A DNA stretch of 64,000 nt from contig OZ220480.1 of NCBI GenBank assembly GCA_965116025.1, positions 1,536,001-1,600,000 of the forward strand, written 5' to 3'. This DNA is from an uncultured candidatus Porisulfidus sp. (GTDB taxonomy: Bacteria > Pseudomonadota > Gammaproteobacteria > Poriferisulfidales > Poriferisulfidaceae). Below are positions 29,248 through 39,926 of the stretch, piece after piece. The first letter of the stretch is position 1. Each line of letters begins with the position of its first letter. The notes under the pieces are model-generated. The model worked only from the letters and a program-made list of their open reading frames with translations, did no database searches and was not told the DNA's origin. The position numbers and the translations under genes are program-made.

Positions 29248-30710
29248 GCCCTCAGGCCCGGCTGTCGGAATTGCTTGGCGAGCGGATTCCCGCCGACCGC
29301 GACCGCGTCGTCTCCGGCATTCGCGACCGGAGCTCCGCGATTCGTCCCGGCGACCTTTTCGCGGCCCGCCGGGGCATGCGGCGGCACGGTCTCGAGGGGC
29401 TGTCCGAGGCGCTCGGGCGCGGCGCCGCCGCGGTGATCTACGAGCCGGAGCCGGGGCGGCCGGCCCCGCGCGCGGACGTCCCGTGCGTGGCGGTGCCGGA
29501 TCTGGGGCGCTCGCTGAGCGGAATCGCCGGGCGCTTCTATCGCGACCCCTCCGCCCGGTTGCCGGTGGTCGGGGTCACCGGCACCGACGGCAAGACCTCG
29601 ACCAGCCACCTCATCGCGCAGATCCTGGATTCGCTCGGCCAATCCTGCGGCGTGATCGGCACGCTGGGCGCGGGCCGGCTTGGCCGCCTGCGCGCCGGCG
29701 GCCTCACCACGCCGGACGCGGTCCGGCTGCAGGCGGAGCTGTTCGGCATGACCCGGCGCGGCGACGCGGTGGCGGTGCTGGAGGTCTCCTCGCACGCCCT
29801 CGACCAACGCCGTTGCGACGGGATCCGGTTCGACACGGCGGTCTTCACCACGCTGGGACGCGATCATCTCGACTACCACCGGACGCCGGAGCGCTACGCC
29901 GCGGCCAAGCGGCGCCTGTTTCTGGACCTCGCTCCCCGCCGCGCGGTGCTCAATGTGGACGATCCGTTCGGGCGCGAGCTGGCGGAGAGGATGGGACCCG
30001 AGACGCGGGTCCATGCCTGCGCGATCGATGGGGACGCCGAGTCCACCGCGCGCGTCACCGCCATGACGCCCGAAGGACTCCGCTTCGAGTGGACCGCCGG
30101 AGGCGAGACTCGCGCGGCGCGGGCGCCGGGCCTGTACGGACGCTTCAACGTGATGAATCTGTTGCTGTCGGCGACCGTCGCGCGGGCGCTCGGAACGCCG
30201 ATGGAGCGGGTGGCGGCGGCGATGGAGGGGCTGTCGCCGGCGCCGGGGCGGTTGCAGCGCGTCCCTGGCGCGGCGGCGCCGGTGTTCATCGACTACGCGC
30301 ATACCCCCGGCGCGCTGGAGGCGGCGCTCGGCGCGCTGCGCGAGCATTTCGGAGCGGAGATCCATTGCGTGTTCGGCTGCGGCGGGGAGCGCGACCGCGG
30401 GAAGCGCCCGCGGATGGGCGCGGTGGCGGCGCGGCTGGCCGCCCGCGTGACCCTGACCGACGACAACCCGCGCGGCGAATCCCCCGCGCGCATCGTTCAA
30501 GATATTCTCGCGGGCGTTCCCGACCCGGACCGGATCGAGATTCGGCACGACCGCGCGGAGGCGATTCGCGCGGCGACGCGGGCGGTGCGTCCCGGCGACG
30601 CGGTGCTGATCGCGGGCAAGGGGCACGAGACGGAGCAATGGGTCGGAGGGGAGGCGCGGCCGTTCTCGGATATCGCCGTCGCCCGCGCGGCGCTGGAGGC
30701 GGACGCGTGA
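29244..30710 (+). CDS. murE: UDP-MurNAc-tripeptide ligase (meso-DAP type)
   Basis: GVTGTDGKTS, EVSSH, DHLDYH, DYAHTP, DNPR, GKGHE. Confidence 0.96.
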   Translation: MSPQARLSELLGERIPADRDRVVSGIRDRSSAIRPGDLFAARRGMRRHGLEGLSEALGRGAAAVIYEPEPGRPAPRADVPCVAVPDLGRSLSGIAGRFYRDPSARLPVVGVTGTDGKTSTSHLIAQILDSLGQSCGVIGTLGAGRLGRLRAGGLTTPDAVRLQAELFGMTRRGDAVAVLEVSSHALDQRRCDGIRFDTAVFTTLGRDHLDYHRTPERYAAAKRRLFLDLAPRRAVLNVDDPFGRELAERMGPETRVHACAIDGDAESTARVTAMTPEGLRFEWTAGGETRAARAPGLYGRFNVMNLLLSATVARALGTPMERVAAAMEGLSPAPGRLQRVPGAAAPVFIDYAHTPGALEAALGALREHFGAEIHCVFGCGGERDRGKRPRMGAVAARLAARVTLTDDNPRGESPARIVQDILAGVPDPDRIEIRHDRAEAIRAATRAVRPGDAVLIAGKGHETEQWVGGEARPFSDIAVARAALEADA

Positions 30711-32062
30711 AGGGCATGCGCCTCGCCCGCCTGGCGGCGTGGGCCGGCGGCGCGCTCAAGGGCGCGGACGGTCCGGTCGCCGGCGTGTCGGTGGATAGCC
30801 GGACCTTGCGCGAGGGCGAGCTGTTCGTGGCCCTGCGCGGCCGGAACTTCGACGGGCACGACTTCGCCGCGCGCTGCGCCGGGCGCGCCGCCGGGGTCTT
30901 GGTGGCGCGGGATATCGCCGTCGACTGCCCGCGAATCCTGGCGCCGGACCCGCTGGGCGCGCTGCAGCGCGTGGCCGCGGCCTGGAGGGCCGAGCGCCGC
31001 GTCGACGTGGCCGGGATCACCGGCAGCAACGGCAAGACCACCACTAAGGAGATGACCGCGGCCATTCTGGGCGAGGCTGGCCGTTGTCTGGCGACGAGGG
31101 GCAACCGGAACAACCACATCGGCGTGCCGCTGACGCTGCTCGAGCTCGACGACGGGCATCGCCGCGCGGTCGTCGAGATGGGCGCCAGCGGTCCCGACGA
31201 GATCCGCCGGCTGACGGCCCTGGCGCGGCCGCGCGCGGCCGCGATCACTTGCGCGGCGGCGGCGCATCTGGAGGGATTCGGCAGTCTGCGCGGCGTGGCC
31301 CGCGCGAAGGCCGAGATTTTCGAGGGGCTGGGGCCCGAGGGCGTCGCGGTGATCAACGCCGAGGACGCTTTCGCCGCTGAATGGCGCGCCGCGGCCGGAG
31401 GACGGGCGACGCTGGAGTTCTCCGCCGACCCAGGCGTGGAGGCGGACGTCCGGGCCCGACTCTCGGCCCCGTCCCGGCTGGAATTGCGCCGTGGCGGCGA
31501 GCGAGTCGAGATCGAGTGGCGGCTTGAGGGAACGCATAACGCGCGCAATGCGGCGTGCGCGGTGGCGCTGGCGGTGGCGCTAGGGCGGCCGTTCGCCGCG
31601 GCGGCGCGAGCCCTTTCGGGATTTCGGCTCGAGGTCGGCGGCCGGCTTCGCAGGGTGCCGGGCGTCGGCGGCGCGCGACTGATCGACGATAGCTATAACG
31701 CCAACCCCGGCTCGTTCCGCGCCGCCATCGACGTGCTGGTGGCGCAGGACGCGGAGCCCTGGGTGGTCATGGGGGAGATGAGGGAGCTCGGCGCGCGCGG
31801 CGCGGAGTGTCACGAGGAGGTGGCGAAATACGCGCGCGCGGCCGGCGTGCGCCGCCTCTACGCGTTGGGCCCGCATGCCGAGCGCGCCGCGCGCGCGTTC
31901 GGCCCGGGCGGCCGGGTCTGCGCGGGCCTGGACGCGCTGGCGGCGGAACTGCGTCCGCGGCTCGATCCCCGCTGCGCGGTGCTGATCAAGGGCTCCCGCT
32001 CGGCCGGACTGGAGAGTCTGGTGGAGCGGCTGACTCCGGAGGGAGGCGCGCATGCTGCTTGA
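30707..32062 (+). CDS. murF: UDP-MurNAc-pentapeptide ligase
   Basis: DSR, ITGSNGKTTTKE, NNHIGVP, DDSYNANP, KGSR. Confidence 0.96.
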   Translation: MKGMRLARLAAWAGGALKGADGPVAGVSVDSRTLREGELFVALRGRNFDGHDFAARCAGRAAGVLVARDIAVDCPRILAPDPLGALQRVAAAWRAERRVDVAGITGSNGKTTTKEMTAAILGEAGRCLATRGNRNNHIGVPLTLLELDDGHRRAVVEMGASGPDEIRRLTALARPRAAAITCAAAAHLEGFGSLRGVARAKAEIFEGLGPEGVAVINAEDAFAAEWRAAAGGRATLEFSADPGVEADVRARLSAPSRLELRRGGERVEIEWRLEGTHNARNAACAVALAVALGRPFAAAARALSGFRLEVGGRLRRVPGVGGARLIDDSYNANPGSFRAAIDVLVAQDAEPWVVMGEMRELGARGAECHEEVAKYARAAGVRRLYALGPHAERAARAFGPGGRVCAGLDALAAELRPRLDPRCAVLIKGSRSAGLESLVERLTPEGGAHAA

Positions 32063-33128
32063 CTTCTTCTCCTGGCTCGAGCGGCTCGACTCCGGGTTCG
32101 CGCTGTTCCAGTATCTGACGGTGCGCGGCGTTCTGGCGTTATTGACGGCGCTGGGCATCGCGCTGCTGATCGGCCCGCCGCTGATCCGTTGGCTGGAGCG
32201 GCGCTCCATCGGGGAGACGGTGCGCGACGATGGCCCGGACTCGCATCGGTCCAAGGCCGGCACGCCGACCATGGGCGGCGTGCTGATCATCCTGGCTCTG
32301 CTCGGCTCGACCCTGCTGTGGGGCTCTTGGGACAATCGCTATCTGTGGGCGCTGGTGGCGGTCACCGCGTTGTACGCGGCGATCGGCATGCTCGACGACT
32401 TCCGCAAGTTCCGCCACGGCCGCGGCATCTCCGCGCGCTTGAAGTTCTCGCTGCAGGTCCTGGCCGGCGTCGCCGTCGCTTTCGCGCTGTACGCCAGCGC
32501 GACCGATCCGGTCGAGACTCGGATGGTGTTCCCGATCATCAAGGAATGGCAGTTCGATCTCGGCTGGGCGTTCGTGCCGCTGGCCGCGTTCATGCTGGTC
32601 CTGATGAGCAACGCGGTCAATCTGACCGATGGCCTGGACGGCCTCGCCATCATGCCGTCGGTGCTGATCGCGGGCGGGCTCGGGGTGTACGCGTACGCCG
32701 TCGGGCATGTGGAGTTCGCCGGATATCTGGGCATCGCGCACGTCCCGCTCGCCGGCGAGATGATCGTGTATTGCGCGGCGCTGGTGGGGGCCGGGCTCGG
32801 CTTTCTGTGGTTCAACACCTATCCCGCGCAGGTCTTCATGGGCGACGTCGGCGCGCTGGCGATCGGCGCCGCGCTCGGCGCGGTGGCGGTGCTGCTGCGC
32901 CAGGAGATCGTGCTGGTCGTGATGGCCGGCGTGATGATGCTGGAGGTCCTGTCGGTCGTGCTGCAGGTGGTCTCGTTCCGCCTCACCGGCCGGCGCGTCT
33001 TCGCCATGGCGCCGCTGCATCACCATTTCGAGCACCGCGGTTGGGCCGAGCCCAAGATCGTGATTCGCTTCTGGGTCATCACGGTGGTGCTGGTGCTGCT
33101 GGGCCTGGCGACGCTGAAAGTCCGATGA
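32052..33128 (+). CDS. mraY: Phospho-N-acetylmuramoyl-pentapeptide transferase
   Basis: KAGTPTMGG, NAVNLTDGLDGL, FMGDVG, MAPLHHHFE. Confidence 0.97.
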   Translation: MLLDFFSWLERLDSGFALFQYLTVRGVLALLTALGIALLIGPPLIRWLERRSIGETVRDDGPDSHRSKAGTPTMGGVLIILALLGSTLLWGSWDNRYLWALVAVTALYAAIGMLDDFRKFRHGRGISARLKFSLQVLAGVAVAFALYASATDPVETRMVFPIIKEWQFDLGWAFVPLAAFMLVLMSNAVNLTDGLDGLAIMPSVLIAGGLGVYAYAVGHVEFAGYLGIAHVPLAGEMIVYCAALVGAGLGFLWFNTYPAQVFMGDVGALAIGAALGAVAVLLRQEIVLVVMAGVMMLEVLSVVLQVVSFRLTGRRVFAMAPLHHHFEHRGWAEPKIVIRFWVITVVLVLLGLATLKVR

Positions 33129-34492
33129 CGGGAGAGCGCGCGCTTATGGAGACGCCCGCCGCCGCGCGCACCCTGGTCGTTGGTCTGGGGGTCACGGGCC
33201 TGTCGGTGGCGCGCCATCTGCGCCGCCGCGGCGAGCCGTTCTCGGTGTGGGACGCCGCGCCTAAGGAGCGGGCTCTGGAGCAGCTGCGCGCGCGGTGCCC
33301 GGACGCGCCGGTCAGCCGTGGCGAGCCGGACATCCGGGCGTTCGAGTCCGCGGACACCGTGATCGTGAGCCCGGGCGTGTCGCTCGATCATCCGGCGGTG
33401 CGCGCCGCGCGCGCCGCCGGCGCCAGGGTGCACGGCGATATCGAGCTGTTCGCCCACGAGGCGAACGCGCCCGTGCTCGGCGTGACCGGCAGCAACGGCA
33501 AGAGCACCGTCACGCTGATGGCGACGCATCTGCTGCGACAGGCGGGTCTCGAGGTCGAGGCTGGCGGCAACCTGGGCGCGCCCGCGCTGTCGCTGCTGCG
33601 CGATCCGGCGCCGGACGCCTACGCGCTGGAGCTGTCCAGTTTTCAGCTCGAATCGACCGAGACTCTGCGCTGCCGGGCCGCGAGCGTGCTCAACCTCAGC
33701 CCGGACCACCTTGATCGCCACGGCAGCTTCGAGGCGTACCGGCAGATCAAGCATCGACTGTATCGGCGCGCCGAGACGGCGGTGTTCAACCGCGACGATT
33801 CCGGCACCCGTCCCGGCATCGTCGCCGGGCGGACGGTCAGTTTCGGGCTTGACGCTCCGCGGCGCGACGACGAGTTCGGCCTGCGCGAGCGCGACGGGAA
33901 CGTCTGGCTGTGCCGGGGCCGGCAGGCGTTGCTGCCGGCCCGCGCGCTGCCGCTCGCGGGCCGGCACAACTGGGCCAACGCGCTCGCCGCGCTCGCGCTG
34001 GTCGAGGCGTTCGGCTTGGCTCCGGAGCGCGTGGCTTCCGCGTTGCGCTCCTTCCAGGGACCGCCGCACCGGTTGCGCCAGATCGCGGAGATCGACGGGG
34101 TGCGCTGGATCGACGATTCCAAGTCCACCAACCTGGGCGCGTTGCGGGCGGCGCTGACCGCGTCCGACCGGCCGTGCGTGCTGATCGCGGGCGGGCGGGC
34201 CAAGCGGGAGGATTTTCGACGAGTGGTGGGAGACTTGGCGCGCCGCGCGCGGGCGCTGGTGCTGTTCGGGGAGTCCGCCGCGGTCCTGGAGCGGGCCTGG
34301 TCCGATTGCGCGCCGGTGACGCGCGCGCCCGACCTCGCGCGGGCGGTGCGGGCGGCGGCGGCCCTCGCCGAGCGGGGCGATCGCGTGCTGCTGTCGCCGG
34401 GTTGCTCGAGCCACGATCAGTACGCCGGATTCGAGGAGCGTGGAGAGGATTTCGCCGCGCGGGTGCGCGCGCTCCAGGAGGAGGGCGCGTGA
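33125..34492 (+). CDS. murD: UDP-MurNAc-L-Ala--D-glutamate ligase
   Basis: VTGSNGKSTV, ELSSFQL, DHLDRH, DDSKSTN, LSPGCSS. Confidence 0.96.
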   Translation: MTGERALMETPAAARTLVVGLGVTGLSVARHLRRRGEPFSVWDAAPKERALEQLRARCPDAPVSRGEPDIRAFESADTVIVSPGVSLDHPAVRAARAAGARVHGDIELFAHEANAPVLGVTGSNGKSTVTLMATHLLRQAGLEVEAGGNLGAPALSLLRDPAPDAYALELSSFQLESTETLRCRAASVLNLSPDHLDRHGSFEAYRQIKHRLYRRAETAVFNRDDSGTRPGIVAGRTVSFGLDAPRRDDEFGLRERDGNVWLCRGRQALLPARALPLAGRHNWANALAALALVEAFGLAPERVASALRSFQGPPHRLRQIAEIDGVRWIDDSKSTNLGALRAALTASDRPCVLIAGGRAKREDFRRVVGDLARRARALVLFGESAAVLERAWSDCAPVTRAPDLARAVRAAAALAERGDRVLLSPGCSSHDQYAGFEERGEDFAARVRALQEEGA

Positions 34493-35631
34493 GCGCGCGG
34501 GCGGTCGCGCCCGACCTGCGCGTCGCCGCCTTGCTGCTGGCGGTCGGGCTGGTGACCATGACCTCCGCCTCGGTGGAGATGTCGTTGAGCATGCATGGCG
34601 ACGCGCTGCATTACCTGAAGCGGCAGTTCCTGTTCGTCGCGCTCGGGGGAGCGCTGGCGCTGGCGCTGGCGCGGATCCCGCTGGACGCGCACCGCGGACT
34701 GGCTCCTTGGTACGGGGCGCTGGCGCTGGCGCTGCTGGCGCTGACGCTGGTCCCGGGGCTAGGGCATTCGGTCAACAACAGCGCGCGATGGCTGGTCCTC
34801 GGCCCGGCGCGCTTCCAGCCCTCGGAACTGATCAAGCCGGTCTTGACGCTGTGGATGGCGGCGTACGTGGCGCGGTGCGGTCCGACGCTGGAGACCCGCG
34901 CGCGCGGCGTCTTGGCGCCGCTCGGCATCGTCGGGCTCACCACGTTGCTGCTGCTGCTGCAGCCGGACTTCGGCACCGCCTGCGTGATCGCGGCCACCGC
35001 GCTGTGCGTGCTGTTCCTGTGCGGTGGCTACTTGCGCGCGCTGTTCGGGTGCGCGCTGTGCGCTACGGTCGCGATGGGCGGACTGGCGGTCGCCGCGCCA
35101 TACCGGCTGGCGCGCATCCAGTCGTTCCTCGACCCGTGGGCCGACCCGTTCGGTGGCGGCTATCAGCTGACCCAGTCGCTGATCGCGATCGGGAGCGGCG
35201 GGACCTGGGGCCGGGGGCTCGGCGAGGGGGTGCAGAAGCATTTCTACTTGCCGGAGATGCACACCGATTTCGTGTTCGCGGTGGCGGCCGAGGAGCTGGG
35301 CCTGGTTGGGGCCATGGCGATCATTCTTCTGTTCGCGGCGTTTCTGATCGTCGCGTTTCGCGTCGCCCGCCAAGCGCAGGCGCGCGAGCGGCGCATGGCC
35401 GCGGCGGTCGCCTACGGGATCGGCTTGTGGATCGGCCTGCAGGCCTTCGTCAACATCGCGGTGAACATGGGTGCGTTGCCGACCAAGGGGCTGACGTTGC
35501 CCTTGATGAGCGCCGGCGGCAGCTCGATGGTCGCGACGCTCGCCGGTCTCGGCCTGCTGTGGCGCGCCCGCCACGAGGCGGAGGGCCCGCCGGCGCGGCG
35601 TGGCGCGGCGCGCCGCGGGAGGATCGCGTGA
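34489..35631 (+). CDS. ftsW: SEDS peptidoglycan glycosyltransferase FtsW
   Basis: QPSELIK, QPDFG, YQLTQS, LPEMHTDF, PTKGLTLP. Confidence 0.96.
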   Translation: MSARAVAPDLRVAALLLAVGLVTMTSASVEMSLSMHGDALHYLKRQFLFVALGGALALALARIPLDAHRGLAPWYGALALALLALTLVPGLGHSVNNSARWLVLGPARFQPSELIKPVLTLWMAAYVARCGPTLETRARGVLAPLGIVGLTTLLLLLQPDFGTACVIAATALCVLFLCGGYLRALFGCALCATVAMGGLAVAAPYRLARIQSFLDPWADPFGGGYQLTQSLIAIGSGGTWGRGLGEGVQKHFYLPEMHTDFVFAVAAEELGLVGAMAIILLFAAFLIVAFRVARQAQARERRMAAAVAYGIGLWIGLQAFVNIAVNMGALPTKGLTLPLMSAGGSSMVATLAGLGLLWRARHEAEGPPARRGAARRGRIA

Positions 35632-36689
35632 GCGCGCGGCCCGTCCTGATCTTGGCGGGCGGCACGGGCGGCCATGTGTTTCCGGCGTTGGCGGTCGCGG
35701 AGCGCCTGCGCGCGCGCGGCGTGCCGGTCCAGTGGGTCGGGACCCGGGCCGGACTGGAGGCGCGGCTGGCGCCTCAGGCCGGCTTCCCGATGATCTGGAT
35801 GCCGCTGCGCGCGCCGAGCCGGCGCGGTCCGCTCGGCCTGCTTGGCGTGGCGCCGCGGCTGCTTTGGTCGGTAGGTTTCGGAGTCGTCCAGCTGTTGCGG
35901 CTCCGCCCGGCGGCGGCGCTGGGCATGGGTGGCTACGCGTCGTCCGCGATGGCGGTGGCGGCGGCGCTGTGCCGGGTGCCTCTGATCGTGCATGAGCAGA
36001 ACGCGGTGGCCGGTCTCACCAACCGCGCGCTGGCCCGCTTCGCGACGCGCGTGCTGCTTGGCTTTCCCGAGGCGCGCGGCATTCGCGGCGGATTCCACGC
36101 GGGAAATCCCGTCCGCGACTCGTTGCGCGCGCGGCCGTTGCCGGAAGAGGACCCGGGCCGCCCGTTGCGCCTGCTCGTGGTCGGCGGCAGCCAAGGCGCC
36201 GAGGTTTTCAATCGCGTGCTTCCAATAGCCTTGCGCATGATGCCCGAAGAGCGCCGCCCCGCGGTCTGGCACCAGACCGGCCGCGAGCCGGCGCTGGTCG
36301 CCCAGCGGTATCCCCGGGAGATGGACCTCCGGGTCGATTCCTTCATCAAGGAGATGGACGAGGCGTACGCGTGGGCCGATCTGGCGCTGGCGCGGGCCGG
36401 GGCGATGACCTTGGCCGAGCTGGCGGCGAGCGCGCGCGGCGCCTTGCTGGTGCCGTACCCCCACGCCGCGGACGGCCATCAGGCCGAGAACGCCCGGCGC
36501 CACGCCATGGGCGGCGCGGCCGAGGTCTGGACGGAGGAGGAGTTCACTCCGCAACGGCTGACGCTTTGGCTGGTCGAGCTGGCCCAGGACTATCCGCGCC
36601 TCGTCCGCATGAGCCGCGCCGCTTCGCGCGAGGCCCGTCCGGAAGCGGCGAACGACGTCGCCGAATGCCTGCTGGAGTTCTGCGCGTGA
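35628..36689 (+). CDS. murG: Lipid I N-acetylglucosaminyltransferase
   Basis: GGTGGH, HEQN, GNPVR, GGSQGA, RAGAMT. Confidence 0.96.
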   Translation: MSARPVLILAGGTGGHVFPALAVAERLRARGVPVQWVGTRAGLEARLAPQAGFPMIWMPLRAPSRRGPLGLLGVAPRLLWSVGFGVVQLLRLRPAAALGMGGYASSAMAVAAALCRVPLIVHEQNAVAGLTNRALARFATRVLLGFPEARGIRGGFHAGNPVRDSLRARPLPEEDPGRPLRLLVVGGSQGAEVFNRVLPIALRMMPEERRPAVWHQTGREPALVAQRYPREMDLRVDSFIKEMDEAYAWADLALARAGAMTLAELAASARGALLVPYPHAADGHQAENARRHAMGGAAEVWTEEEFTPQRLTLWLVELAQDYPRLVRMSRAASREARPEAANDVAECLLEFCA

Positions 36690-38110
36690 GTCCCTTGCGC
36701 CGACGCATGCCGATGCGCAACGTTCGCCGGGTCCATTTCGTCGGCGTCGGCGGGGCGGGCATGAGCGGCCTCGCCGAGGCGTTGCGCGGCCTGGGCTACG
36801 CGGTCTCCGGCAGCGACTTGCGGGAGAACGCGCAGACCCGGCGCTTGCGCGGGCTAGGGGCGGAGATCCGAGTCGGACACGGCGCCGCGGCGGTCGCCGG
36901 TGCCGACGTGGTGGTGGTGTCCAGCGCCGTGGCGCCCGATAACCCTGAATGGGAGGCCGCGCGCGACGCGCGCGTCCCGGTCATCCCGCGCGCGGCGATG
37001 CTCGGCGAGCTGATGCGCTTCAGCCACGGCGTCGCCGTGGCTGGCTCCCATGGCAAGACCACCACCAGCAGTCTGGTCACGCACCTGCTGACCGAGGCCG
37101 GCCTGGGCCCGAGCGCCATCATCGGCGGGCGCCTCCAGCGCGGCGACGCGCACGCCACGCTGGGAGAGGGCGACTGCCTGGTCTGCGAGGCCGACGAGAG
37201 CGACGCCTCCTTTCTGCACCTCAGCCCGCTGGTCGCGGTGGTGACCGGCATCGACGACGACCATCTGGACAACTACGGCGGCGACATCGAGCGGTTGGCG
37301 GAGGCCTATCTCGGCTTTTTGCGGAACCTCCCGTTCTATGGGCTCGCGGTGCTGTGCGCGGACGACGCGCGCCTGGCCGCCTTGCGCGCGGATCTGGGTC
37401 GCCAGATCGCGAGCTACGCCATCGACGATCCGACCGCCGACCTGCGCGCCGTTGATCTCGCGCCGGACGCCGCCGGCGTCGCCTTCACCATTCGCGTCCG
37501 GGACTCCGGGGAGGTGGTCCGAACGCGCCTCGCGCTGCCCGGCGCGCACAACGTTCGCAACGCGCTGGCGGCGGCGGCGGTGGCGCGGGATCTGGACGTT
37601 CCGCTTGACGATATCGCCTCTTCGCTGGAGAGTTTCGGCGGCATCGCCCGGCGCTTCGAGCGGCGCGGGGTCCTGCCCGGCGGCGACGATATCCTGTGGG
37701 TGGACGATTACGGACATCACCCGACCGAGATCGAGGCGACCCTGGAAGCGGCGCGGGAGACGTATCCCGGACGCCGGATCGTCCTGGCGTTCCAGCCGCA
37801 TCGGCACACGCGCACGCGAGACCTTCTCGACTCGCTCGCGCGCGCGCTGGCCCGGGCCGACGCGTTGCTTCTGCTGGACGTGTACCCGGCCGGCGAGGCG
37901 CCGATCCTGGGAGCGGACAGCGACTCGCTGGCCCGGGCGCTGGAGAAGATGGGTGGGGAGGTCGCGCGCGCCGCGGGCGAGGAGGAGCTGGTTCCGGCGT
38001 TGCGCGCGCTCGCGCGTCCGGGCGACCTGCTGCTGACCATGGGCGCGGGCAGCATCGAGAGCTGGGCCGCGCGGCTGCCCGCGCGGTTCGCCCAGAGGAG
38101 CGCGTCGTGA
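36686..38110 (+). CDS. murC: UDP-MurNAc--L-alanine ligase
   Basis: GVGGAGMSG, AGSHGKTTT, EADESD, DDYGHHPTE, FQPHR. Confidence 0.96.
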   Translation: MSPLRRRMPMRNVRRVHFVGVGGAGMSGLAEALRGLGYAVSGSDLRENAQTRRLRGLGAEIRVGHGAAAVAGADVVVVSSAVAPDNPEWEAARDARVPVIPRAAMLGELMRFSHGVAVAGSHGKTTTSSLVTHLLTEAGLGPSAIIGGRLQRGDAHATLGEGDCLVCEADESDASFLHLSPLVAVVTGIDDDHLDNYGGDIERLAEAYLGFLRNLPFYGLAVLCADDARLAALRADLGRQIASYAIDDPTADLRAVDLAPDAAGVAFTIRVRDSGEVVRTRLALPGAHNVRNALAAAAVARDLDVPLDDIASSLESFGGIARRFERRGVLPGGDDILWVDDYGHHPTEIEATLEAARETYPGRRIVLAFQPHRHTRTRDLLDSLARALARADALLLLDVYPAGEAPILGADSDSLARALEKMGGEVARAAGEEELVPALRALARPGDLLLTMGAGSIESWAARLPARFAQRSAS

Positions 38111-38994
38111 CGCGGGCGGGCGAGATCGCTGGAGAGGCGCTGCGGGCGCCGATGGCGGAGCGCACCACTTGGCGCTGCGGCGGCGCCGCGGACCGCGTGT
38201 TCGCGCCGGGCAGCGTGGACGAGCTGAGCGCCTATCTGGCCGGCCTGCCCGCGGACGCGTCCGTGACTTGGCTCGGTCGAGGCAGCAACGTGCTGATTCG
38301 CGACGGTGGCCTGCGCGGGGTGGTCATCCAATTGCGCGAGCCCTTGTCCGAGATCGCGCTGGATCCGCCACGGGTCCGCGCCCAGGGCGGCGCCCTCTGC
38401 GCTCGCCTGGCCGCGACCACCGCGCGGGCCGGCCTCGCGGGGCTGGAATTTCTGGCGGGCATTCCCGGGACGGTCGGCGGCGCCTTGGCGATGAACGCCG
38501 GCGCGTACGGGAGCGAGCTGTGGGAGTTCGTGGAGTCGATCGAGACCTTGGACCGGCGAGGCGTCCGCCATGATTTCGCGGCCGGGGAGATCGCGGTCGG
38601 CTACCGCTTCGCCAGAATTCCCGCGGGCCACGGCGTGGTGGCCGGCGTCTTCCGCGTCCGTCCAGACGCGGATCCGGATCGTCCGCCGCGACGGCTGCGG
38701 CGACTGATGGAGCGGCGCCGCGCGACCCAGCCGGTGGCGCTTCCCAGCGGAGGCTCGGTGTTTCGCAACCCTCCCGGCGATCACGCCGCGCGCTTGATCG
38801 AGGAGGCCGGTCTCAAGGGCTGTCGCGTCGGCGCCGCCGAGGTGAGCCGCGCGCACGCCAACTTCATCGTCCACGAGGGGGCGGCGCGCGCCGCCGACGT
38901 CGAGCGGCTGATCGAGCGAGTCCGGGACGAGGTCGAGCGGCGCAGCGGGGTGCGCTTGGAACTCGAGGTGCGCATCCTGGGGGAGGCGGCGTGA
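38107..38994 (+). CDS. murB: UDP-N-acetylenolpyruvoylglucosamine reductase
   Basis: GRGSN, IPGTVGGA..MNAGA, GSVFRNP, HANF, LELEV. Confidence 0.95.
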   Translation: MTRAGEIAGEALRAPMAERTTWRCGGAADRVFAPGSVDELSAYLAGLPADASVTWLGRGSNVLIRDGGLRGVVIQLREPLSEIALDPPRVRAQGGALCARLAATTARAGLAGLEFLAGIPGTVGGALAMNAGAYGSELWEFVESIETLDRRGVRHDFAAGEIAVGYRFARIPAGHGVVAGVFRVRPDADPDRPPRRLRRLMERRRATQPVALPSGGSVFRNPPGDHAARLIEEAGLKGCRVGAAEVSRAHANFIVHEGAARAADVERLIERVRDEVERRSGVRLELEVRILGEAA

Positions 38995-39926
38995 GCGGGA
39001 TGGGGCGCGTCGCGGTGCTGATGGGCGGCTGGTCTGAGGAGCGTCCGATCTCGCTGGCCTCCGGGCGCTGCGCGGCCGCGGCGCTGCGCGGCCGCGGAAT
39101 CGAGGTCGAGGAGGTCGACTTGCGGCGCGAGACCTTGCCGCGCCTGGCCGAGCGAGGCTTCGACCGCTGCTTCTTGGCCCTGCATGGCGTCGGAGGCGAG
39201 GACGGCGAGGTGCAGCGGGCGCTGGAGGAGATGGGCCTGCCGTACACCGGCAGCGGCCCGGAAGGCTCGCGCGCGTGCATGGACAAGATGGAGACGAAGA
39301 GACGGTGGTGGCGGGCTGGCCTGCCGACCCCGAAGGCCTTGGTCGCGGAGCCGGACCGCCTGGACGAGCAACGCGCGGAACTGGGTCTGCCGCTGGTGGT
39401 CAAGCCGGTGGACCAGGGATCCAGCATTGGCCTGCTCCTCGCGCGCGAGGCGGAGGAGCTCGCGCCGGCCGTCGCGGAGGCCCTTAGGCACGGCTCGCGG
39501 GTTTTGCTGGAGCGGCGGGTGCGCGGCGCCGAGTACACGGTCGGAATCTTGGAGGGCGAGACGCTGCCGCTGATCCGCCTGCGCCCGCGGGGCGACCTTT
39601 TCGACTATCGGGCCAAGTACGAGTCCGGCGACACGCGCTACGACGTTCCTTGCGGCCTGCCTCGGGCGATGGAGGACGAGCTGGCGGCGCTGGCGCGGCG
39701 CGCCTTCGAGAGCGCCGGCGCGGAGGGTTATGGTCGGGTGGATCTGATGCTCGACGAGCTGGACCGGCCGTGGCTGCTCGAGGTCAACACCGCGCCCGGC
39801 CTGCGTCGCCACAGCCTGCTGCCGATGGCGGCGGCCGCGGCGGGGATGGAGTACGAGGATTTGATCGCGCGCATGCTGGAGACCTCCCGCGCGCGGGAGT
39901 CCGTGGGAGAGCCCGCCCATGGCTAG
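38991..39926 (+). CDS. ddl: D-alanine--D-alanine ligase
   Basis: GGWSEER, LHG..GEDG, GSSIG, DYRAKY, EVNTAPG. Confidence 0.95.
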   Translation: MSGMGRVAVLMGGWSEERPISLASGRCAAAALRGRGIEVEEVDLRRETLPRLAERGFDRCFLALHGVGGEDGEVQRALEEMGLPYTGSGPEGSRACMDKMETKRRWWRAGLPTPKALVAEPDRLDEQRAELGLPLVVKPVDQGSSIGLLLAREAEELAPAVAEALRHGSRVLLERRVRGAEYTVGILEGETLPLIRLRPRGDLFDYRAKYESGDTRYDVPCGLPRAMEDELAALARRAFESAGAEGYGRVDLMLDELDRPWLLEVNTAPGLRRHSLLPMAAAAAGMEYEDLIARMLETSRARESVGEPAHG